This document shows positions 12,222 to 25,280 of a stretch of DNA of 64,000 nucleotides, one piece after another. The stretch is from assembly GCA_951406725.2 (NCBI GenBank), contig OX597831.1, forward strand, positions 33,790,001-33,854,000, in the 5' to 3' direction. Under the pieces are notes generated by a model. The model worked only from the letters and a program-made list of their open reading frames with translations, searched no databases and was not told where the DNA came from. The translations under genes and the position numbers were made by a program. Positions within the stretch are counted from its first letter, which is position 1. Each line of letters begins with the position of its first letter. The stretch is from Octopus vulgaris. Lineage: Eukaryota.

Positions 12222-12412
12222 TATGAAAACACAAAGAGAAAACACAACAACGCGAGGACGTGGAACAAGTATAGTGGTATTGGCCGCTCAGGAAAGGAAA
12301 GAAAGAAAGATTTAACGTTTCGAGCGGAGCTCTTCGTCAGAAACATAGGAAAAGGAAATGTCCAAGGAAGGGAAGTCGGAGGAAAAAAATCGCCAACGAT
12401 ACAGACGCGGTC
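12222..12412 (-). mobile_element. Penelope-like pLTR fragment with minimal hammerhead-like core
   Basis: Minus strand CTGACGA-A-GAGC-tcc-GCTC-GAAACGTTA at 12313-12340. Confidence 0.7.
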
Positions 12413-12784
12413 GACAATGGCAACATTCGAAACGAACACATCAGTAACAACCAAAACAGAAACAAACCACACAACAACACCCACCACCAACAACAACATC
12501 AACAAAATGAACAATGTTAATACTCACAACAGCAACAACTACAAACGACACAAGTCACCACTACCACCTCCACCGCAACAACGAACACATTATAAAAAAC
12601 CATCAATATAACACAGCTGAAGCAATGGAACAGGAATTAGAGTAAAACAGAGACGAAGTTACAAGATTTCTCAATAACAACCATCACACTGAGAATTATT
12701 TTGAGATGAAAACATTTTATTGTTTTATAACATTTATCTTCGATGTAATGTCGTTTTCTAACGTGTGGGTTTTTATCACACAAA

Positions 12785-13563
12785 TATACATACCTACAGG
12801 CATTAAACAGAGATCATTCAGTAATCAGTTTGTTTACATTGTTTCTCAATGAATACCGGACAAAAGCCAGACAACTGTTATTCTTAGTATAGTATATTAT
12901 ATTACAATGTAGCATAACATATTATTTGGTATTCATTTCTCTGTTATGTTTCAGTTACTTTCTTTTTCTATTATTCTTTAACTCCTGTCTTTAGCTGCAA
13001 CTATTTCTGCAACATGTCTCAATAGTACAAAGTTTAACTACCTAAGCCTGCAACATAAACAGACAACAAAATGTCGATATCGTTTCAATTTCTTTTCCTC
13101 GTAGTTTCTTATTTCTTTTCCGTATCTTTGATAAATTTGGTAAGAGACATACCTACAGACATTTAACAGAGATTATTAATTTGTTTATAATATTCATCAA
13201 TGAATACCGGGCGAACCCCAGATAGCTGTTATTCTTTGTATATGACATATATTATACAACATATTTGGTACCCATTTCTCTGGTATAATACTTCATTTTA
13301 TTCTAAAATTGTTGACTCATGTCTTTTACTGCAGAAATTACTGGAAAATGTTTAAATGTATTACAATCTAACAACATAAGCCTACAATATAGACAGATAT
13401 TGTAAACTCGGTAGCATTTCTATTTATTTTCCTCTTACGTCTCTTATTACTTTATCTTCTTTTTGAGACATTTTATGGGAGATATACATATCCAGAGAAA
13501 AATCATTTATTAATTAATTAGTTAATGTTATTACTCAACGAAAGCCAGAAAACTTATTCTTAG
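12785..13563. repeat. Diverged ~350-bp tandem repeat (2+ units; further partial unit 14045-14190)
   Basis: catacctacag.catt.aacagagat at ~12789 and ~13148; tcaatgaataccgg and aagcct.caa.ata.acaga recur with the same period. Confidence 0.75.
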
Positions 13564-14648
13564 AATCGTTACTGCGCCGGGCAAAATGCTTAGCAGTATT
13601 TACGTTCTGAGTTCAAATTCCACCGAGGACGGCTTTGCTTTTCATTCTTTCGGAATCGATAAAATAAGTACCAGTTGAATACTGGGGTCAATGTAACCGA
13701 CCTACCTTCTCCTTGAACTTGTTGGTTTTCTGCCAAAATTTGAAACCAATATAATATATTATAACATAACATATTTGATAGTTGTTTCACTGACACATTA
13801 CAATTATAATTTTCGAATTACATTTTCTAATTTTGGCACAAGGTCAGAAATTTTGAGATGTATGTGTGTGGAGGGAGGCGAAGTCGAATTCATCAACCTC
13901 CAAGACTTGACTGGTACTTCTATTGACCCCAAAACAATCAAAAGTAAGGTTGAGATTTGAACTCAAAACAAAACATCGGAAGTATTGCCGCTAAGCACTT
14001 GTCCGACGAGCTAAAGATTCTGTTAGCTCACTAACAATATTAACGTTTGTCTGTAGTTGCAAACATTTCTAGAACACGTATGGACACCTCACAATATAAC
14101 TACAATAAACCTGATATTGTAAATTCGGTATGGTTTCTAATTATTTTTCTCTTACATATCTCATTACTTTCGCTTCTTTTTAACTGTAAGTATAACCAGA
14201 AATGTTATAACCTCTTCCATTTCTTTTACGTTTAGTTTTCATTGTGAAAATTCACCAGTTGTTCGCTTTTTCTTCCTTTTGTTTTACATCCCTGATTTCA
14301 TGTATTATTTGTTTGTTTCCTACTTTTTGCCCCTCATAATCTTACCCTTTTTATTTGGTTGTTTTTATCGCGCTCTCTCTCTCTCTCTCACTCTCTTTCT
14401 ATCTGTCTTTCTCTCTCCCTCTCTATCTATATACATACATAAATATGCATGGTTATACATGCACTTACACATACATATATATATTTACTTAATACACGTG
14501 CTAACATACAGGCAATGTCGCATTAAGCAATCTTAACACAACATTCACATCCTCATACTCGCTAATTAAAAATCACCAGGTGCAATTGAGTGACATAGAG
14601 CATTGTTCATACTTAATTAAACTTCAGAATCTGAATTTATAAACTTAC

Positions 14649-14690
14649 AAAATCCTTCGACTTCGACAAAGAAACAATTTTTGAAACGAC
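14649..14690 (-). CDS. Predicted internal exon (VVSKIVSLSKSKDF)
   Basis: Acceptor gtttttttaag, donor TTT|GTAAGT, 42 nt, phase 0-0, joins flanking exons in frame. Confidence 0.6.
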
Positions 14691-14974
14691 CTTAAAAAAA
14701 CCCGACCTTTTCGAAACTCAAGCATTTCCACATGATATTGAATAAATTGGTATGGGATGCTTGCAACACCATTTAAAGGACGCGGAGTTTTGATTGATAA
14801 CGGAAAATGGATTTTTACATTAAAATCTCGGCAGTATTTTGTCCTATTCAAAAGGTTAGATAATCACTGACCACTTTGAATTCGGGTTTAAATTTCTTTC
14901 TTTTTTTTTTATCCGAGCAAGTGAGAATTATTAGGACCTTCGTGCTCCCAGACAACACGTTTATTATAAACATT

Positions 14975-15390
14975 GGCATCAAATTTTGGTACAAGGCCGC
15001 CATCAATTTCGAAGGAGGGGGCCAGTCGATTAAATCGACCCGGGTTCTCAACAGGTACTTATTTTATCGACCCCGAAAAGGATGAAAGGCAAAGTCGACC
15101 TGGGCAGAATTTGAACTCAGAACATAAAGACGGACCAAATGCTGCTAAGCGTTTTGACACGTGTGAAAACTACTCTGTCAGTTCACCGCTTAATTAGAAA
15201 TATTCGTTTCAAATTTTGGCGGAAGGCCAGCAATTTCAGTGGAGATACTAAGTTCATTACACCAACCCCAGTATCCAAGTGGTATTTAATTTATAGACCC
15301 CTAAAGGATGAAAGGCAAAGTCCATCTCGGTGGGATTTGAACTCAGAACATAAAGACGGACCAAATGCTGCTAAGCGTTTTCACCGGTGT
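14975..15390 (-). mobile_element. Two tandem SINE family B copies
   Basis: aaaggatgaaaggcaaagtc...tttgaactcagaacataaagacggaccaaatgctgctaagcg occurs twice. Confidence 0.8.
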
Positions 15391-16232
15391 GCAACATTAA
15401 CAGTATTCGTTTCCTTTTAAATTCAGCCGTGGGCCTCGTTACTCTACTACTGTCTATATGGTTCCTGTACGATTTATCTTTTATATTTCACTTGTTTCAA
15501 TCATTGGACTATGACCATGCTGAGGTACTGCCTTGAAGGGTTTTTACTCGAACAAATCATCGACCACAGTACTTATTTAGAGCTTGGTACATATTCTATT
15601 GATTCCTATTTGCCGAACTGCTAATTCACGTGGTTGTAAACTATTGTCAGTTTGGCTGCCGTGCTATATTCCCCATTAGCACTTTCTCCTATCATTCTAA
15701 TATTATAGATTCCAGCTAGTTGCCAAAATTTGTCGAGCCATTAAATTTCCCTTAAAGCGGTATGTTAAGTTCTTCACTTCAATTCTACTTTCCTCTTACT
15801 GTTATCTGCTTTGCTGGAAGCAGTGTTCCTGCAAACAGACAAACTTCATTTCCATAGCCGTGTGATTTCGGTTGCAATTTTTGATTCACATTAAAAACAA
15901 TTTCAGTATGGTCTTTGCATAGCTTCTTGTGATATTGAAATTCAATGTGAAGCAATACTTTGACCTCGTTCTTTAAAAACATCATCGTGCCCGGAATATT
16001 ATACACGTATTATTCACTTTAGATCGGGCGCAGACTATTTTAGCATCTGTATAGCACAATTTCCATACTTTCTAAATATCGACAATTTTTTTTTTTACCT
16101 ATTCTTAGCTCTTTAGCTTCTACTAGCAGCATTCAATGATTTAGAACTCATAATACTTAATTGAAAGCTTGGAAATACAGAAAAACACTAATTATGCTGT
16201 TTGAACAGCATTATATACTGAAAAAGCACAAA

Positions 16233-16332
<100 letters not shown>

Positions 16333-16391
16333 GTCTGTCTGTCTCTGTGTCTCTGTCTCTTTCTCTGTCTCTCTCTCTGTCTCTCTCTCTG

Positions 16392-16498
<107 letters not shown>

Positions 16499-16590
16499 CC
16501 GTCCGGCTTTCTGTGTGCATTTCTACTTGGTTGTTTGTCTATCTACGTATATGCACACAACAACAACAACAACAACAACAATAATAATAA

Positions 16591-17030
16591 CAGAGGTAAG
16601 AGTGGCTGTGTGGTAAGTAGCCTGGTTACCAATTACAAGATCCCGGGTTTAGTTCCACTGCGTGACAACTTGGGCAAGTGTCTTCTGCTATAGCCTCGGG
16701 CCGACCAAAGCCTTGTTAGTGGATTTGGTTGACGGAAACTGAAAGAAGCCCATCGTATATGTATTCATACATAATACATAGATACATACATAGATATATA
16801 TATATATATATATATATACTTGTGTATGTCTGTGTGTATATGTTTGTGTCTGTGTTTGTCCTCCCACCATCGCTTGACGACCGATGTTGGTTTGTTTACG
16901 TTCCCGTAACTTAGCAGTTTGACAAAAGAGACCGCTAGAATAAGTACTAGGCTTACAAAGAATAAGTCATGAGGGTCGATTGGTTCGACTAAAGGCGGTG
17001 CTCCAGCGTAGCCGCAGTCAAATGACTGAA
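16591..17030 (+). mobile_element. SINE family A, near full length
   Basis: A-box tggctgtgtggt, B-box-like gggtttagttcc, internal (TA)n, tail cagtcaaatgactgaaa. Confidence 0.9.
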
Positions 17031-17470
17031 AAAAAAGAAACAGAATAATAATAACAATAACTTGCTTGATAGATTTGCTTGATCTTTCACGACAAATGGT
17101 CAAAGAGAAGAGAGTGCCTCTACATTAGTTGTTGGGGGGGGGGGCATTATGAAGCCAGGCAGTGACAGTAATTACAGGGTCAATTACTTGTTTAAGAAGT
17201 GTATTAATTGCTCATTTGAAGCATATCCGTTTTATTCTATAATCGTATCTACACTGCAGTCTACTTTCATCGAAACTGTTCAAGAACTGTACGACAATAT
17301 ACAAGTGCATGCTTTCAAGTAAGCATGTAAACAGAGATTAAAAAAAAACGTACACCATCCACGGTCAAAGATGCACAAACACGCACACACACAGAAACGC
17401 ACTCACACAAATACACACACAACACACGTAAGACACATGCTCACGACTGTATGTGCAAATATATGCATAC

Positions 17471-17547
<77 letters not shown>

Positions 17548-17574
17548 TATATATAGATAGATATGCATATATAT

Positions 17575-17682
<108 letters not shown>

Positions 17683-19537
17683 ACCTATATATAACCCCTA
17701 ATTTGAGCACCATTTTCATCTACTGGGCTGCTCAGGTAGTAACACCCCATGACCACAGCATTAATTTGCTTGCTCCATCTACGCCGTGTGTGGTGGTCGC
17801 TTTCTTGATATCGACAGGCTGGAGCCGGACAAGAATCTCTGAGCCTACCGGGTGTAACACTGTCACCATCATTGGCCTCAGTTTCATTACGATCGCTATT
17901 CACAATATTTTTGTTATGTCATTGTCACTCATATGAGGTAGCGACTATCAGGTTGCACAATTACCAGTGTTTTTTATTGTGACACTATCATTAGATGTAT
18001 TATTAATCAGCTCATGAGGAGGAGGAGGAGGAGGCTCCACCTGTTTCCTTTCATTATTATTATTATCATCGTCACTGATATCACTGATATTATTGTTTTT
18101 ATGTGTAATAACAGCAGTGGTTGCAGCAACAGCAACAGTAGAGTGGGTGGGGGTAGTGGTAAGGGTGGTAGTTGGACCTCAGATTCCTGTGCTGTCATAA
18201 TAGTAGTATTTGTAGTGTTAATGTAGTGTTAGTAGTATTTAGTATTAGCAGCTGCAGCATATTATTATTATTTTTATTTTTATCATTGTCACCATCACCA
18301 CCACTACCATTGTTTGAGGGAAAGGTTGGGTAGCAGTTTGGTTAATAGATCTTATACTACAGGTCTGTAAATAGATTCGGCAGATGGTGGGGAGCTCAGC
18401 CATAGAGACAAAGGCTCTTTGCACCCGTCAGAGGTCAAATGTGTTTACTACTGCCAAATGTGTTTACTACTACTGGGAGCGCTGCCTTGAAAAGAAGCAA
18501 TTCAACCTGTTCTATTAGTAATTACTGGTAGAATAAAACAATACTAATACATACACACGCGCGCGCACGCACACACAGACGCACAACCCCACAGACACAC
18601 ACATATATATCTATACACACACATATATATCTATTCACACACACATATTCTGATATTCACATCGTTGAATTTTTGAAGTTCTGAAGTGTTGTTGCAATAA
18701 AACGTGTGTTTACGTCTTTGGGTAATATATTAAAGTTTTTAAGTTTTCTTGATATGTTCGTTTGTCTGTCCAGTTGGAGAACACAGTAGGACTTTTGCAA
18801 AGAAAAAGATGTTTACATTTTCGAATACCCAGGGAGAGTCAAAAAGAAAAGAAAACAAGTTGTAGATAGTAAAGTTATAAGATTTACTAAATATGGTCTT
18901 TTGTATGACCGCACAGAGAGAAATGGTAATGTTCTTAGAATAAAAAGGGGGATGATGTTTACATTTTCGAATACTCAGGGAGAGAGGAAAGGATAAGTTG
19001 TCACACATTAGTTGTAGATATTAAAGAGTTTTTTTTAAGCTGATCGTTTGTGTGTTCAAAAGCTGTGGGTATGTAAGTTTCCTAACTTATTTTGAGGGAG
19101 ATTTAAAATATTCACAGGGTATTGTAGATATTCTAGTCTTTGGGAATAGTAGGAGGAAGAGATGTTCACCTTGTTGGATTTTTGAATTTCTGAATTTCTT
19201 TTTCTTTTGGAATTTTTCTTTTCTTTTTAAAAGTTTTGCTGTGGTTCACAGTTTTTGTAATTGTGCAGTATATATATATTGGCAGGTGCTTACACATTTT
19301 TTTATCGTGCATTTAATTGTACTGTTACAATAAAAGGCATGTTTACATATTCTGTTTGTCAGGAAAGAAGTGAAAACAAAATGTTCACACAGAATTGGAG
19401 ATTCTTAAATTTTTTTTGAGGTGTTCGTTTGTATGTCCAAATCTGTTGTTACATAAGTTCATTACCTTATTTTGAGGAAAATTCAAAATACTCACAGAAA
19501 ACTGTAGATATTCCAATGTTTTAGATTTATTTTTTCA

Positions 19538-19619
<82 letters not shown>

Positions 19620-19687
19620 CGAAATCTATGACATGCTAATTTAACGACCAGAGATAATATCCTTCACGAATAGTGACAACAAATTAC

Positions 19688-19760
19688 AAATCTCAGGAAT
19701 CTTTTCGTGGATTCTTGGAGAATAAATGATAGCTCTTTCCTGTCGGTCGATAATGCATAT
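19688..19760 (-). CDS. Predicted internal exon (R-YALSTDRKELSFILQESTKRFLRF)
   Basis: Acceptor ttagcattcag, donor TTT|GTAATT, 73 nt, phase 2-0. Confidence 0.7.
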
Positions 19761-19902
19761 CTGAATGCTAATGATAACAACAGCAACAATAACATGACAT
19801 CGGCTGCATTTAAAAATCGTATTCTTGTATTCACCATTTTCAAATCTGTCTTTCGAAAAGCCAAGCATCACACGCGAGCGAATACAGTTTGGTAACATGT
19901 AC

Positions 19903-20007
19903 CTTGCTTTCGCTAATTGTTTAGGTGTCTGTGAAGTCGCGAGAAGACGTGCACTCCCTCTCGACTCGTCAAATCTTTGATCCAGTGGCACATCCAAGAT
20001 ATGACAT
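19903..20007 (-). CDS. Predicted internal exon (CHILDVPLDQRFDESRGSARLLATSQTPKQLAKA)
   Basis: Long CT-rich acceptor tttctttctcttcag, donor AAG|GTACAT, 105 nt, phase 2-2. Confidence 0.75.
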
Positions 20008-20167
20008 CTGAAGAGAAAGAAAGATAGATAGAGAGAGATAAAACTGAAAGAGATCGAAAAGGAAACACAGAGAGCGAGAGAGAGGCAGAGAAAGGAGAAG
20101 AAAGAGAGAGAGAGAGAGGAAGAGAGAGAGAGGGAAGGAAACTATTCATAGTTTCTTTCCCTCTATT

Positions 20168-20590
20168 AAAGGCGGCGACCTGGCAGAAACGTTAGCACGC
20201 CGGGCGAAATGGTTAGGAGTATTTCGTCAGCCGCTACGTCCTGAGTTCAAATTCCGCCGAGCTCGACTTCGCCTTTCATACTTTCGGGGTCGATTAAATA
20301 AGTACCAGTTACGCACTGGGGTCGATATAATCGACTTAATCCGTTTGTCTGTCCTTGTTTGTCCTTTCTGTGTCTAGTTCCTTTTGGGTAGTAAAGAAAT
20401 AGGTATTTCGTCATTCGCTACGTTGTGAGTTCAAATTCCGCCGAGGTCGACTTTGTCTTTTATCCTTTCGGGGTCGATTAAATAAGTACCAGTTACGCAC
20501 TGGGGTCGATCTAATCGACTTAATCACTTTGTTTGTCCTTGTTTGTCCCCACTGTGTTTAGCCCCTTGTAAGCAATAAACAAATAAGAAA
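20168..20590 (+). mobile_element. SINE family B tandem dimer (full copy plus 5'-truncated repeat)
   Basis: gagttcaaattccgccgag...ggggtcgattaaataagtaccagttacgcac occurs twice. Confidence 0.9.
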
Positions 20591-20934
20591 CTATTTATAG
20601 TTTATTGAACTGGTGCGACATAAAATGTAGTGCCTTGCTCATGGACGAAATCTACCACCCGGTTCAGGATGGGAACCCACGACAATCTAATTGGGAAACA
20701 AGCACATTAAACACTGGGCTACGTACCGTCAGATCTTTGACTATTTACTTACAATCATCTTATGATGTATAATTCTTTCTAAGTTAGGCACAAAGACAGC
20801 AGTTTTAGAGGGAAAGGCTAGTCTATAAGGTCGATCCCTAGTATTCAACGCTTATTTTTATCGACTTCAAATGGATGAAGCTTAAGGACAAGCTCAGTGG
20901 AATTTTAACTCAAAACGCGAAGGACCGTAAGATA

Positions 20935-21372
20935 TACCTATTTCTTTATTACCCACAAGGGGCTAAACACAGAGGGGACAAACAAGGACAGACATAGGTA
21001 TTAAGTCGATTACATCGACCCCAGTGCGTAACTGGTACTTAATTTATCGACCCCGAAAGGATGAAAGGCAAAGTTGACCTCGGCGGAATTTGAACTCAGA
21101 ACGTAACGACAGACGAAATACCTATTTCTTTATTACCCACAAGGGGCTAAAGACAGAGGGGACAAACAAGGACAGACATAGGTATTAAGTCGATTACATC
21201 GACCCCAGTGCGTAACTGGTACTTAATTTATCGACCCCGAAAGGATGAAAGGCAAAGTCGACCTCGGCGGAATTTGAACTCAGAACGTAACGACAGACGA
21301 AATACGGCTAAGCATTTCGCCCGGCTCGCTAACGTTTCTACCAGCTCCATTACAGAATCGGCTCGCTCGCCG
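20935..21372 (-). mobile_element. SINE family B tandem dimer, inverted relative to 20168-20590
   Basis: Two near-identical ~184-bp units starting ~20935 and ~21119. Confidence 0.9.
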
Positions 21373-21580
21373 TTTCAAGATATATATGGTTTGTAAGATG
21401 CATAACTCTTTCATAAATGAGTATGATCAGTTGATTAGATATATTGATCCTCTTCACTGTACATGACTATTAAACCGAATTTTGCTACATCCGTCGATAT
21501 TTCTTTAAAATGACTCGTATTATTACACTGAGTGTTTCTCTGCTAATTTTCGGAGTTTCATTATAGTCATAACATTGTAA

Positions 21581-22011
21581 CTTTACTCTTTTTACTCTTT
21601 TACTCTTTTACTTGTTTCAGTCATTTGACTGCGGCCATGCTGGAGCACCGCCTTTTTTTTTTTTTTAATCGAGCAACTCGACCCCGGGACTTATTCTTTT
21701 GTAAGCCCAGTACTTATTCTATCGGTCTCTTTTGCCGAACCGTTAAGTTACGGGGTCACAAACACACCACCATCGGTTGTCAAGCGATGTTGGGGGACAA
21801 ACACAGACACACAAACACACACACGCATATATATATATAGATATATACGACGGGCTTCTTTCAGTTTCCGTCTACCAAATCCACTCACAAGGCTTTGGTC
21901 GGCCCGAGGCTATAGTAGAAGACACTTGCCCAAGGTGTCTCGCAGTGGGACTGAACCTGGAACCATGTGGTTGGTAAATAAGCTACTTACCACACAGCCA
22001 CTCCTGCGCCT
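21581..22011 (-). mobile_element. SINE family A, full length
   Basis: Minus strand GGCGCAGGAGTGGCTGTGTGGTAAG..GGTTCAGTCCC head; (GAGTAAAA)n tail. Confidence 0.92.
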
Positions 22012-22016
22012 TACGA

Positions 22017-22514
22017 TGACTTGTACATTTATTCTTAATACGTTCCGGCAAAATCGAACACAATTATGCTAATCACTGTAGTGTACGTCACTGAAGAACA
22101 ATTTCTTTTTACGACAATAATGCGTTCATAACAAACTCGGCTCACTGTGGTGCAAAAGATTTTGGAACACCGGTGTTTCGACATGTTTTGTCTTTTCCGC
22201 CAGAAACAACCCGGATTTTTTAGCCTGTAGCTTTATTTATAATTTCAGCAAACAAACGTTTACTGATTAGTGTTGCTATCTGCCAACCGATAATAAATTC
22301 TTTACACTGTAAACAGCGAGATCTAAAGCAATGGTTTGTATATTTGTTCTTAGTACGTTCCGACAGAGAGTCCCTTGCACCAACGAGTCCATTGTGTTAT
22401 GAACACATTGTCGTTGTAAAACAGAGAAGTTGTTCTAACGTGACGTACACAACAGCGATTAACATATTTGTGTTAAAATCTGCTGGAACGTATTAAGACT
22501 AATTATACAAGTCA
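22017..22514. mobile_element. Old foldback/MITE-like element with ~140-bp imperfect inverted arms
   Basis: 22017-22160 matches the reverse complement of 22371-22514 (tgacttgta..ttaatacgttcc..gtgtacgtcac..gttcataaca..tggtgcaa). Confidence 0.7.
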
Positions 22515-23076
22515 GCTCTGCTTGCTCGCAGTGCAAATAACGATTTATTATAACGTGTAACTGAATAGAAACTGTCATTTCACTTCATTATTACTCCACA
22601 TTTCAAAACGAAACAAAATCGATGAACCCATGAAGATTACCATAAAATACAAAATAAGGAAGAATGTGACAACAGTTAAAGATTTTTATACACATGGATA
22701 ACCATATTCACGAAATAATATTTTCTTGCTGATTATCAACGAATTTATTACGACATATTTTCCGAGTGAATTCTCTGTAAATTATAATTTGATTTAAAAA
22801 TATAATTTGAATTTTATATTAGGAGATTTTTTTATTCGTTTTGTTTGAATATCAAATGCAAGATAATGACGAAATATGATAGAAGTTTTTATGTAATCAT
22901 TGTTTGCGATGCGGGCTGCCAAAAATAAGAAAGAGTCATTTATTCTAATGTCTGTGACAGTTATATATCATCGGTTTTTAGAGGGTCAGAACTAGGTATT
23001 AGGTACACAAGGTGACAGGTTCAGGCGGTAAAGCCTGGGGTCACCAGCAAACAAAAGAAAAAATAAAGATGCGTAC

Positions 23077-23239
23077 AGGCGTAGGAGTGGCGGTGTGGTA
23101 AGTAGCTTGCTTACCAACCACATGGTTCCGGGTTCAGTTCCACTGCATGGTAGTGGAACTGAGGCTACTATAGCCTCAGGCCGACCAAAGCCTTGTGAGT
23201 GGATTTGGTAGACGGAAACCGAAAGAAGTATGTCGTATG

Positions 23240-23338
<99 letters not shown>

Positions 23339-24206
23339 GTGTGTGTATAAGTTTGTGTGTCTGTATTTGTCCCCCCAACATCGCTTGAAACCGATGCTGG
23401 TGTGTTTACGTCCTCGTAACGTAGCAGTTTAGCAAAATAACCGATAGAATAAGTACTAGGCTTACAAAGAATATGTCCTGGGGGTCGATGTGCTCGACTA
23501 AAGGCGATGCTCCAGCATGGCCATAGTCAAATGACTGAAACAAGTAAAAGAGTAAAGAGTAAAAAACAAAATCTTCATTATAAGAGTAGTCATATCTGTG
23601 TGGTTAAGAAGCTAGCTCTGTAAGCACGGGGTTTCGAGTTCTGAACCACCTTGGGCAAGTTCCTTATTTTATAACCTCGGAGCGATCAATGCCTTTCGGA
23701 GGAATTTGGTAAACGGAAACTATGTGAAAGCCTATCGCGTATACACACGCACACACATATGAATATGTGCAGTGTCTTTGAGTCGGTTCCCACCACCGCT
23801 TGACAATCGGTGTTGGTTTGTTTACGTCTCTGTAATCTAGGGATTCGGTAAAAGATATCGATAAAACAAGTACTAGACTTTGAAAGAAAAATACTTGTAT
23901 GGGTATATTTGATTGAATCCTCCGAGGTGGTTCCTCGGGGTGACCGCAGTCCAATGACTCAAACAATAAAAAAAAAGGTAACTAATAAAAATGGTATCCA
24001 TACGCGTTAACGAAGAATTGCTGTGGTCGTCTGAAGGAAACGAATCCATCACCAGACTGAGTCTTAAGAAGCTTGCTTCCCAACTATATGGTTCCGGGTT
24101 CAGTCCCACTGCGTGGCACCTTGGGCAAGTGTTTTCTACTATGGCCTCGAGCCGACCAAATCATTGTGAGTGGATTTGGTAGACAAAAACTAAAAGAAGC
24201 CCGCCG

Positions 24207-24238
<32 letters not shown>

Positions 24239-24442
24239 TTTGTTGTTTGTGTCTGTATTTGTCCCCTACCATCATTTGACAACCTATGTTGGTGTGTTCA
24301 CCCCCGTTACATAGCAGTTCGGCAAAAAGAGACCGATAGAGTAAGTACTAGGCTTACAAAGAATAAGTCCTGGTGTCGATTTATTCGGCTAAATGTGGTG
24401 CTCCGGTATGGCCGCAGTCAAATGACTGAAACAAGTAAAAGT
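23077..24442 (+). mobile_element. Three consecutive SINE family A copies (~23077-23560, 23590-23965, 24060-24442)
   Basis: Repeated head, ggatttggtagacggaaac, microsatellite and tail modules. Confidence 0.88.
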
Positions 24443-24575
24443 GTATCGATATAACATCGTTACTTTTGCCCTATAAACCTCTGCCTTTCGCCGAATTCAC
24501 TAAACAGCCATAGCTAGGAGAAAAGGACGCTCATTTTAGTCCTTGCTTGAGGTACCTTAGTTTATGAACGCGAGG

Positions 24576-25280
24576 AAAAAGACGATTGGGCACAGCTGTT
24601 TGGGAGCCGATGATTTGGCATGGCTGACTCATTTGGCATTCAGCCTGATTTGGCACAAGAGATAACCACCCATAGAAACAAGTGTGAGAAGAAATATACA
24701 CATACTGAGAGAAAGAGTGGAGGTGGGGGAAGAAAGGGAGAAAGAGAGGGAGCGAGGCAGAGAAGGAGCAAGAGAGAGAGAGAGAGGGAGCAAGACAGAG
24801 GGGGAAGCGGAGAGAGGAAAAGAAAGAAACGTTACAATTTATTGTCTGAGCACCGTATAAATATACAGCCTCTCTTCATACACGTAGAGAAATGTGCTCA
24901 TACACATAAGCAAAAAGGAGAGAGAGAGAGAGAGAGAGAAGGAGAGAGAAAGAGAAAAGAGTGATACGTAGATTGAGAAGGGGAGAAACGGAAAGAGAGA
25001 CAGAAAAAACCCCTTAAGATGTCTATTGTCAAATATGTCAGCGTCGAACTAGCAACGTCAAATAAGCAACGCCAAATAAGCAGCGCCAAAGCGGCTCTGC
25101 AAAAACGGCTTCTTCAAAGCGGCTCTGTCAAAACGCCTCTGCCAAAACGGCTCTGCCAAAACGGCTCTGCCAAAACGGCTCTGCCAAAACGGCTCTGCCA
25201 AAACGGCTCTGCCAAAACGGCTCTGCCAAAACGGCTCTGCCAAAACGGCTCTGCCAAAACGGCTCTGCCAGGAGTCTTAT
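24576..25280. mobile_element. Putative non-autonomous DNA transposon with degenerate TIRs and subterminal repeats
   Basis: Left aaaagacgattgggcacagctgtttgg vs right revcomp ataagactcctggcagagccgttttgg; TTTGGC repeats left, GCCAAA repeats right. Confidence 0.5.
25085..25270. repeat. 14-bp minisatellite (CTGCCAAAACGGCT)n
   Basis: ~9 perfect units from 25139 plus degenerate upstream units. Confidence 0.95.

Noticed and set aside
14649-14843. Longer 195-nt version of the 14649 exon
   Set aside because: Open only in phase 2-2, incompatible with phase-0 neighbours; the 42-nt version fits
15650-16150. Decayed RTE-like RT on the minus strand
   Set aside because: Only a vague YADD-like remnant; too degraded to call
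18311-18551. Solo LTR (TG...AATAAA...CA)
   Set aside because: No target-site duplication, second copy or internal domain to support it
21940-22011. tRNA genes at SINE heads (also 47290-47357, 48577-48640)
   Set aside because: A/B boxes are present but attached to multi-copy SINE bodies; no complete cloverleaf verified
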